Positions 20,710 to 30,755 of a stretch of 33,966 nt of DNA are shown here, piece by piece (positions within the stretch are counted from its first letter, which is position 1; every line of letters starts with the position of its first letter). The DNA is from Thelocarpon superellum. Lineage: Eukaryota. The notes under the pieces are model-generated. The model was not told where the DNA came from. It searched no databases and worked only from the letters and a program-made list of their open reading frames with translations. The position numbers and the translations under genes were made by a program. Where the stretch lies: NCBI GenBank assembly GCA_026025795.1, contig JAPEUG010000174.1, positions 1 to 33,966 on the forward strand, given 5' to 3'.

Positions 20710-21793
20710 TTAGGACGTTTGAAACACCTGCAATGAGAGAATCTCCCAGTACGCCTCCGTGAAAGCCGACGGATTGTTCGCTACAAAATCCGTACACGAC
20801 GCTGCCGAGGACGCGCAGCTCGACGACGACCAGGTGTTGCCCGCCCAATCGCCGCAAAAGGTGGTGTCAAAGACCTGGATGACCATCTCACGTTAACCTC
20901 GTCCGAAACTCCGACACTCGGGACGTGAAAAGACATACAATTTGGTGCGATTGGAAATTGGCGTCAATGTTACAGCCGTCCTGATAGGAGGCGACGGGCG
21001 TACCCCACGTGGTCGGATCGGGATTTTGACTGAGCACGTTGGGCGGCACGCTCATTCGGCTGAAGAAATAGATGTTGATCGCCTGCGACGTCCACTCCAT
21101 CGCGTACACGCCGCCTTTCTGGTCGTTGAACCCCGTGCCGTATGACTGCGTGTCGGAGTCGACCACGCCACAGCCTTGGTTGCCGGCGGCGTAGGCGTAG
21201 CAGTTCGTGCTGATCCGGTTGCCCGTCTCGCTGCCGCCCGTCATGGAGCATCCGTCGTTTGAATGAAGCGTCATCTGATTCGTGTTGGCCGAGTTCACTC
21301 CCTCGATGATGTCGATTTCTCCATCGTTGGGCCAATTCGGGCCGACGGTCCAGCTACCACGCGGTCAGATCGGACGGCAACACCGAGGGGCAGAACATAC
21401 AACGCAGGCCAGGTCCCGCACTCGCCACCCGGCATATGTGAAATGTCCGCCACGACCAAGCCATGCGTGTAGCTCTTCTGGCTAGTGACACGCACGCTGG
21501 CCCGGCCACTCGACGACACCGTGCTGTGGTCGACCCCCATGTACACGAGGCTGTCGTTGGTCGAGGCCAACCCCGTGCTCTCCGCCGTAGCCTGGTCCAC
21601 GTATTGGACGAAGCCGTTAGTGGGGTCAGGTCCCTGCACGTGTCAGCGTCCCGCATCCAGCGTGCCTTGTCCGACTCACCGTGAAGAAGTCAAACTCGGA
21701 GAAGAAGTTGGACGCCTCGTAGGTATCCACCAGGGAGTATCCTGCGTGCGTCGCAGCTACCAGCAGCGACAAGGCGAGATAGAAGAACAACAT
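20710..21793 (-). CDS. Secreted GH16 endo-1,3(4)-beta-glucanase, fungal Lam16A-type (exons 21793-21680, 21633-21401, 21353-20939, 20874-20710; 308 aa)
   Basis: Signal peptide MLFFYLALSLLVAATHA. Motifs FDFFTGPDPTNGFVQYVD, GRASVRV, HMPGGECGTWPAFW, catalytic GEIDIIEG, GGVYAMEW, DTTFCGDWAG and AYWEI. Three canonical introns, exons sum to 927 nt. Confidence 0.93.
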
Positions 21794-23252
21794 CTTGCAC
21801 GTCACGTTATGAGGTCGCGGGAATCAAAGGAGTGACAGGCGACCACGCGGACGGCAGGCAAAGGAAGGGGATGTCGAGGCAAGATCGATGATCAGGTCGT
21901 GGCCCATCCCGATGGGCATCACGAATGTTATAAGCTCGACCACGGCGGGCGATGGCGATTAGAAGAGTAGAGGGCCAATCAAAGGAACGACGCCGTATCC
22001 CTGCCCGTCAACGGGTCTAGAGGGCAGATTGGTTGCAAAGGAGACAAATAGGCATCGCGAACCCCGTTTAAGTCCGAGTCGGAGGCCGAGCCCCACTCGA
22101 CCGAGGCCATTCGATGAGCATCGTTCATCGAGGAGAGAAAGGAGACACGACGAGGCAGAGCTATGAGAACCCCTTGGTTAAATGAACCCCACGCGCGGCG
22201 GCCAGTTGCGTGGCCTGGTGCGTCGTCAGCCACACGAGACATCCCGGACAAAGGGGATGCAGCGCGGACGAGGGACGTCGAATGGAACGAATTCTTTGAC
22301 GCCGCACGCCTGACTAGAGCCACTGGAAGATCGTTAGTCTGGCTGGAACGATTCGAATCCGAGGTCTGGGTGGTGGGGCGGAGATGAAACCGCTGGAGCG
22401 ACGGTTCAGGAACACATCCGGACGAGGCGAGGGGCTTTAGGCGTCGCTGATTTGTCGAGCGCCAACGGTCCATCCGCCACTCACGATCGACACAGCGGGT
22501 GGCACACAGTTGGCCGAAAAGCCTAACCGGAAGTCAACCTGACCTGCTTCGGCCTGCCCGTGACCCTTGCACAGGTACTCCGTACAGCGAGGGAATCAAA
22601 CTGAATGAACACTTTGTGCTTTCGGAGCGCTCCGCTGTCACAAGACCTCCTAGAACAGCGAATACTCCTGTAGCAGCGTGCTCCTAGAATCTGGGTTTCA
22701 GAGGAAATCTCGACCACCATTTAGCCACGTCTAGCCCCAGCGTGTAGATCTATTCAGAGCACAAGAAGAACTGGGGGAGCCATCTGGTCTGGCGTGGCCC
22801 CTGGTACTCTTGTACAAGTGGACCGTGGCGTCCCTCCTCAGGCTGCACCGAGGTCAACGAGGACTTGGCCTTTCCTTGTCCGCTCTCCTGTCGAAAACTC
22901 GCAATCTCAGACGAAGCGGACACGCGCCAATCACTGGCCTCCCAACGCTCCGCCAAATTCCTCAATTTCCATCACCCTCCATCAGACTCCTTGTTCTACG
23001 TCGACGCCCGATGGGTGCCTATGGATCCCTACGGGTGGGGTGACCGCGATGGCGCCCGTCGAAACTTGTTTCTCTGATTCACCAAGCACGATTCAGCCTG
23101 GCCTCAATGTTTCAGCACCTAAGACTGGCCTGGATTTTCAGCCGTTCATCTCGTTTATTCATGCGACCATGCTGGCAACCATTACGCCGGCTGGTTCAGG
23201 GCACAATACAAAATCGCTAGGATAATGGCCTCGATGCCGAGCCTCCCCTCCG

Positions 23253-24768
23253 TTATTGATTGTCCATGGCCCACGGCGCTTTCGTTCCGGGCTCGCCCGT
23301 TTGAGAGCGAACGGTCGTCGACAACCAGGGCGCTCTGGCTGCAGCCGAGCCTTCTGTGCGTGGTGCAGGCATGGCGGTAGGTGCTGCACCTGCCCACGGT
23401 GCTGCTGTTCCTGCTTGCGACGCGATGCGCGAGCTGGCCGCGCTCATTTGTGAGGTGCCTGCCTTTGCTCTCGGTGGCTGCGATGACGTGTGGATGGACG
23501 TCGACGCAAGTGGGGCGGGAGCGTCGGGATCAGCTTCCCAGCGGAACAGAGACCCGAACGGAAAGTGCTGCACGACGGGGAACTTGGACAAGACCTCGGC
23601 GTTGTACATCTTGATCATCCCCTGTGAAAGTTGGCCGTCTGGTTAGAGCCGTTCATCCGTCCCACGCGCTCCACATACCTTGTTGATCTTGGCCCACCCC
23701 GCCCGAACGCCCGAGATGTCGTACAGGATGGGACTATGCTCCCAGAATGGTCCTTTCTTGACGTCGTAGATGAAGCCGATGGCGGCGAAATACATGTTCC
23801 GCCCTCGCTCTCGCTCCACCACGCCGGCCGTTGCCACGTCGCCGGCGTTGGCGGCACCGGGGAGGGAGCCCTCGGCGGGGATGTGATCGAGGCTCGTGAT
23901 GGCCGGGCAGAGCTGGGCCGAGCCAAAGATGTACGGCAGAAAGGAATGGTCGTCTAGACCCCAGACCCCGTGGGAGCCCGCGGGTTCGAGGTTGTACGTC
24001 CTGATCAAGCGACGGACCAGGTGGAGGTATCTACGCACGCGGGGGACACGTCAGGCACAGGGCTTCTGCATGGTGCTTGACACCGATGGCTAGGTACAGT
24101 ACGTACGGCTCGATGACGCCGAGAACGATGCCTCTCTCCTCGCTACCGGCCTCCGCCGCGGCAAAGCCACCCAGCATCCACACTGATCCCAAGAACGCAA
24201 GAAAGCTGAGCTCGTGTCCCGTTCCGTAATCCAGACGCTGCGCGCTCCCGAAGCTACCGAGGAGATAGGACGAGAGTTCCGCTTGTGCGTCCACGCCCTC
24301 GTCTCCTTCAGATCGAAAAGAGAGGACCACGGGCGGAAGATGGGTCGAGAGCAACTCTGCCACTCTTGCTTCCAGCGTCTCGCACCATCGCCGGAAGCTG
24401 ACATTACCGAAGCGGCGAGGCCCGGGATCTGGTGGCGCTTCCTCGACGAGATCTTCCAGCTTTTGCAAGAGGCCCCGCAGCCGTGTCACGGTGTCGGAGA
24501 AGACCACCTTGGAAGATCCAATCTCCCATGGTTGGATCCGATCGTGACCATCTTGCTCGGTGACAAGACGAGGGTACATGGCTCCATTGAGCTGGAAGAC
24601 GAAGGTCATGATGTCATGATACGCTCGTGACGACAGAAAATGCGTCACGTCTCCTCCATCGTGGATCTTCTTGGCCGGGACGGCGAACGAGCGAGGCGTT
24701 TGCCGGTCCAGAACCTGTAGTTGTGGAAAGGTGGCGGGACTCTGCTGACTTGCATGGCTCGCCGCCAT
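23253..24768 (-). CDS. RRD1: Phosphotyrosyl phosphatase activator (PTPA) / PP2A activator 1 (exons 24768-24107, 24030-23679, 23621-23253; 460 aa)
   Basis: Motifs [65 protein letters not shown] and [26 protein letters not shown]. Rrd1 versus Rrd2 is called from the [16 protein letters not shown] and SKFPVVQH variants, from memory. Confidence 0.9.
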
Positions 24769-24897
24769 TGGGTTCCTGCCTTGGATTAGTGCTCAGCCGT
24801 GGACTGGGTTTCATGGAAGTTCTATCACCCGTTCCTGTTCGCGTTTCCGAGAGAGATTAATCGTAAAGACAGTGGGGAGGTATAGACCAGCTGGCCG

Positions 24898-24915
24898 TCA
24901 CGTGCGTATCACGTG
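24898..24915. promoter_or_regulatory. Two TCACGTG E-box (bHLH/Cbf1-type) motifs in a short divergent promoter
   Basis: TCACGTG at 24898-24904 and 24909-24915, between the start codons at 24768 (-) and 25092 (+). Confidence 0.45.
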
Positions 24916-25091
24916 GCTCGTGTTGTGAGCAGCGCCTCTCGCTCGGTCATTGTTGGTCGGCCTTGTCCGCGAATGACTGGACGCTGGGGACGAGAAGTGA
25001 TCGAAGACCACGATCAGACCATCAAGCCAGTGAATGGCGATACGGTTGGAGCTCGTGCGCCCGTCATTTGAATCACTCCACCACAGGAAAT

Positions 25092-27599
25092 ATGGCTCCC
25101 CGACGAGCCAAAGCACCACGGCCTTGGAAGCCCACGAAGAAACGCCAGAACCGATCAACACCTGCCGAGCACGGCGAGAAGGATGCGCAAGGACGAGATG
25201 AACTGGGCCGAGATGACGGAGTAGATGCTGCGCCAGAAGGTGGCGCGCACGAGGAGGACGACGAGGCAGGCGAGGATGAGGCGATGGAAGGTAGGGATTC
25301 TAGAAGAAAGCTCGGACATATCTAATTCTAACTTGCCATGTGCTCTTAGTCCAACCTGGAATTACCACCCGTGCAAGCCCCAGCCACCGAGAAGAGACCT
25401 CTTCCCTCGAAGAAGAGCGGCTGCTTTCGACACAGCTCCGGTCCGAGACCGCGACAGTTCCAGCTCCCCGGGGATCTGAAGTGCCTCCTGCCGTCTCGAG
25501 TGAAGCAGATGGCGTCCAGCCGGGTCGTGAAGCAGATGGCGTCGCCGCGGCCGATCGGTTAAATAGGGCGTTGAGGCCCACCACGAGGGAAAGTCGACGA
25601 AATCAGCCTCTATCCTCGGCCGAGCAGCTTCTGGGTGGCCCGAAGCTGGGGAAGCGCAAGCGTCCCACAGTATATGGAGCCAAAACACAAGACGCTCCCA
25701 GCTCACCGCCAAGGATAACACGACGATCTGGTCGCAAATCTGGCCCGGTGACGGCTCAAGACGCTGTTGCCTCGACAATGTCTGTGCCTTCTCAAACCGG
25801 GAAATTCAGGGGGGAGGCACGCGTGGGTGCCCATCCTGCACCACAGTTGGAACCACCCGCGGAGATTGAGTCCAGATGGCCTGCGTCTGAAAATGTTCCA
25901 TCAAGGAGCCGACGAGGAAAGAAGAAAAGGACCGCCCCTCGCGAGACACCGGCGCAAGCCGTCCGACAGACTCGTCAGACTGGCAACGTCCGTAATGGCT
26001 CAACAGAGGAGGGAGATGCACATAGCGCTTCGAGACTTGAGACTGGGGTCAGCGAATCGAATCCACGTGAGAGAAGATCCAAAGCACGCTCGACGAGAGC
26101 GACACATCCTATGGTCGACGAGACAGCGGTCGTGAACTCCGGTGCGACCCCTGGGAATCGTGAAGATGGCAAAGGGCAAGCAATGGCCAACCGAGAGCCC
26201 GGAAACGGGCCTGAAGACGGGAGTGAAGAATCCCAGTCTGGAGAGGAGGGTGGGTCTGGGCTTTTCATGCAACGGCAGCCGTTCCGCAGGGCTGTGCGAG
26301 AACTTCGCCGGAAGATGCGGAGAGTTGTGGGAGACTACGATCTTTCCATCCAAAGCAAAAAGATGAAGTCATTGCGCAAGCAGATATCCAAGGCCCGCGA
26401 TCTTGCAATCCAAGCAAAAGTGGACGGCTCGCCGCACGTACAACTGGCCGACAAATGTCGCGCCACCGTGAAGAAGATTGCAGGGGTGATCAGAAATCTT
26501 GGAGAGGATACAGACAACGAGAAGACCGGTGAAGTGGGGCAAGATCTCTACGTCTTTGTCCTCCCCGAAATGTTCGGACTACTCGACATGATCATCACCT
26601 ACCTCGATCAAGACGACCACGTCAGCAGTCCTGCAATTGCCGAGATCCTCGAATTCATCCGCCTTATCCAGACACTTTGCGAGACAGCAGAAGGCTGGAA
26701 ACGTGAGGTGATCAACTCAATCCCAGTGTACCGGGCGATCAAGAGCGCAGCCATGCAGCTGGGGGCGATGGAGGAAGTGCTCTCTCGAGAGCTGGCGCGG
26801 ATTATTAAGGGGGTACGAGACCGCAAGCAACAGAAATGGCTGGAGGAGCGCCGCGAGAAGTTCGAAGAAGAGCAGGCCAGGAGAACCGCGGAGCACCAGC
26901 AACGGGTCTTCGAGCGGCGACTTCGCATCAACGAGCAACTACAGAAGACGACGCACCCGCGCTTTGCCACCTACATCCGCGTAGACGATGATCTCTGGAC
27001 GCCACCGCGCTCAAGCACTGGCATCCTGTTACCCCTCAGCGACCATCAGCGACCCGGCGCGGGGCAGGTACCAACGGTGGGGGTTGCAGGCGAGCAGGAA
27101 GACAACGAGATGGTGGAACGCGTACACATGTTCGATCGGAGGACGGACCCTCCCGTGGACAGATCCCTGTGGACGCTTCTGGAGACGGAAGCGCTGATTG
27201 AAGGGCTCGAGCGGTTCACGGGTACGTCACAGGCCCCCTTGCCCGGGTGTCCGTTTCTTCCTTTCCACCTTTGTTTCATGCGCAACATGACGACCTGTCC
27301 TTTCATTCCCGATCCGCCAACCTACTTTCTCATTTAAAACATGACTACCTACTCTCTCACAACAGCGACTGACTGCCTGACTACCGGACCGGCTGACTGA
27401 TTACGCGACACCAGGACCCGATCGCTATTTGCAGATCTTGGAAGAGTACAGCAACAGAGGCGACGCCCTGTGTGAGCGTGACATTGACCAGCTGCATGCG
27501 AAAGCAAAGGAAATCCGGTCGGACTTGTTGACGGATATGGCCATGCATCCTGAGTCAAGCGAGCAGCCGGCGCCGGACTGGCTTCTTAGTATCAGGTAA
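25092..27599 (+). CDS. Hypothetical probably nuclear protein with a helical mid-domain and a degenerate C-terminal Myb/telobox-like domain (exons 25092-25290, 25350-27221, 27415-27599; 751 aa)
   Basis: Introns GTAGGG..CTAAC..TAG and GTACGT..CTGAC..CAG join the ORFs in frame. NLS-like GKRKRP and RRGKKKR. The spliced C-terminus reads WTLLETEALIEGLERFTGPDRYLQILEEY...LCERDIDQLHAKAKEIR. Confidence 0.75.
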
Positions 27600-27755
27600 T
27601 GGCACGTTGTGCACTGTTATCTGTTATGGAATAGAAGATGGAGGAATGGATGGAGGGATGATGGATGGGCGTGTTGATTGCATGTCTGAATGCTTAACTG
27701 ACCAGAGGGTATGATGTCCTCTTGCGCGACTCTAATTCATGCGATGCGATCTAAT

Positions 27756-29344
27756 CTAGACAGACAGCTTGACCGTCTCGGCATGGTCCAAAGCGGCCCG
27801 ATAGGGCGCCATGGCCCTCGCGACCTCACCAGCAGGCCCCACAAACTTCTCGACCTGCTGTGGCGCGCGGCCGATGAAGGTGGCTGGGTCCTGGAGTCGA
27901 GGCAGATCGGCCGCGATGGGGGCAAAGAAGGCGTCGTGCTGGATGCGCGCGATCAGGTCGTTGTCGCGCCCTTCTTTCTTCACGACGTCGCTTGCTTCGT
28001 GCGAAAGTACGCGGATGTGCTCGTGCGCTTCTTGTCGTGAGATGCCTTTGGCTACTAGCGCCATGATGATGCTTTCTCTGTGGAACGAGTCAGATGATGT
28101 GTGAGCGAATGAGGGGTTGGGTGGGGTGAGGGAGAAGAGGGAAAGGGAACGGACGTGGCCATAAAAGGGAGTTCCTGCGCGATGCGTCGCTGGATGACGG
28201 CTGGATAGACGACGAGGCCCGACACGACGTTGTTGAGCGTCGACATGAGTCCGTCGGCGCAAAGATACATCTCCGGGAGCGTGATGCGACGGATGGCGCT
28301 ATCGTCCAGAGTCCGCTCGAACCACTGCGCCGCGTAGGTATCGGCGGCGTCTTTGTTCAAGTTGGCCAGCTTGCGACCCAGGGAGCAGATGCGCTCGGAC
28401 CGCATGGGATTGCGTTTGTACGCCATGGCGGAGGAGCCGATCTGGTCTTTCTCAAAGGGCTCTTCCAGCTCCTTCATCATGGCCAGATGCCGGATGTCGC
28501 CGCCGATGCGCTGGCAGGTGGCGCCAAAGGAGGAAAAGGCATTGCCAATGTCCACGTCCACTTTCCGCGTGTACGTCTGGCTGGACACCGCGTAGTCCGA
28601 CGAAAAGCCCGCCTTGGCAGTCACCAATTCATCCAGCCGCTCGACCTTGTCGTGGTCACCGCCAAAGATGGCCAGGAAGCTTGCTTGCGTGCCTGTCGTG
28701 CCCTTTGCCCCGCGGAAACGAATATCACGACGCGCGCGCTCCAGGTTTCTCAGATCCATCAGCAGATCCTGAACCCAGAGACACGCCCGCTTCCCCACCG
28801 TGACCAGCTGGGCGGGCTGACCGTGAGTGTAGCCGAGACATGGAAGATCTTTATACTCCGCGGCAAATCCCCGGAGCTTGTGGATGATGACGGCCAGCTT
28901 GGGCAGCAGGAGGTCCAACCCATCGCGGAGAAACATGAGGTCCGCGTTGTCAGTGCAATAGCATGACGTCGCTCCCCAATGGATGATGCCAGCGGCGGCG
29001 GGGGCAACCTGGCCATACGTGTGCACGTGGGCCATTACGTCGTGTCGCCTCCGTTTCTCCTCGGCCGCGGCCACGACGAAGTCATCGTCCGACATGGTCA
29101 GATGCTCCTTCATCTGGGCCAGGGCTTCATCCGTGATACCAGGCAGGCCAAGCTCCTTCTGCGCTTCAGCCAGCCAGAGCCACAACTGACGCCATGTCGA
29201 GGCTCGTTTGCGCGAGGAGAACAGGTGTGTCATCTCCTTGCCTATGTGCCCCGTCAGGATCTGGCAGGCTCATGGTGGGGTAGTGGGGTCATTACTGGCA
29301 TAGCGCTCACTCAGCGGGGTCTGGTATGTGTCGTGTTCCGACAT
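27756..29344 (-). CDS. ADE13: Adenylosuccinate lyase (exons 29344-29296, 29241-28155, 28077-27756; 485 aa)
   Basis: Motifs [52 protein letters not shown], the fumarate-lyase signature [16 protein letters not shown], and [11 protein letters not shown]. Exons sum to 1458 nt. Confidence 0.97.
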
Positions 29345-30172
29345 CTTTCGTAAGGAACGTAATGTGTGATCAGGTGCAGAGAGATCCAGGCATGGGAAAA
29401 TGGCCAATGGTACGATTCGATGACTCGAAATCTTCCGTGGAGCCTCCTCTTGCACCCGCTGTACAGGTGCAAGCGGTCAAACATCCGAGAATTTCTGTTA
29501 CCCGAAGAGCGACGCGACCGTGCGCGTGTGCGGGCGTTTGAGCATTAAGCGCCTGCCGCCGTTCCAGGGCAGGAATGCCAACACCTCTCCCGGTCGGTGG
29601 TCCGTGGCTCTGGACAAAGTCCAGCCACTTCTGCTCCACAGCTGACCTCTTCGCATGAGGCCGGAATTTGAGTCGGTCCTAGCAGCGCCACCGTCACGGG
29701 ATGGGCCCATCTGGGTGCTCGGTCGGCCTGCAGGCGCGCACCGTACTCGTACCTGTACGAGGGTGCAAGATGCCGCCCGAAGAACTTGACAGGGTCTCGC
29801 GTGCACGGGCCAATGAGACCCCGGCACATTCTCGTCTACCACGCTCTCGTTTACCTAGCGATGGCTAGCCGTCACGTCCTTTGGTTCGCCCATCCAGACT
29901 TGGTGGGGAGTGCCATAGGTTGACAAGCTGCAGTCCAGTCCAAGGGCAAATTGCATGCCGCACCGGCGGATACCCTCTCGCTGTTCTCGGCACCCCTCCT
30001 CTAGGGGGCGTAGTGCAACTCGGACTCGCACTGGCATAAATGCACGTGGCGCCTGTCTCGGTGTACGCACCCTATTACCCCCAATGAGCCTCGTAGCGAG
30101 GAGTGCTCGCGGCCGAGCCCAGCACGTCGGACGGCCCGCGGTACTCGCACTCCGTATTTTTTGGAGCCATTG

Positions 30173-30200
30173 GGAGCCAGGAGCCAGGAGCCAGGAGCCA
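30173..30200. repeat. Heptamer tandem repeat (GGAGCCA)x4
   Basis: Read directly, in the ADE13/coiled-coil gene divergent intergenic region. Confidence 0.9.
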
Positions 30201-30755
30201 GGGTCAACTGCATGGACCCTGTAGATACCCTCGCCCGATCACCCGGTCATCAATACATCTGTTCCTGCACCAACGTCGACTCCGCTTGCTTTCCCATCAC
30301 CTGATCCCACAGCACTAACAGATACAAGACTACGGTCCGGCCGAGGTCTTCTGTAGCTCATCCTCCCTCTGACTCGTCGGTCTGGGGCCGACGCATGAGC
30401 TGGCCCTGATTGGCTTCGCCAAATCATCTCCACTCTCCGTTCAGACCGACTCTCTGCCATCAAGCTTGGTGAGTTGTCCCTCTATGCGCATGCTGTCGCA
30501 CGACAGACCCCGCCTTTTTGTCTAGCACACTTGCACACGGCATCTGCACCCACATGTACCTTCTCCGATCGAAATCGCATGCATCCCTTTCGCACATTGC
30601 CCCACGATGATCGGCGCCGATCGTCGTCTCTTCGTCTTGTAACCGGCGCGACGCCCACCAATTTCGATCGTATCACATTGAGGCAGACGTTGACGCTGGA
30701 GTGATTGTTAGGACCGGTTCCGTTCTGTGGTGAATCATTCATCTCCAACTACACA

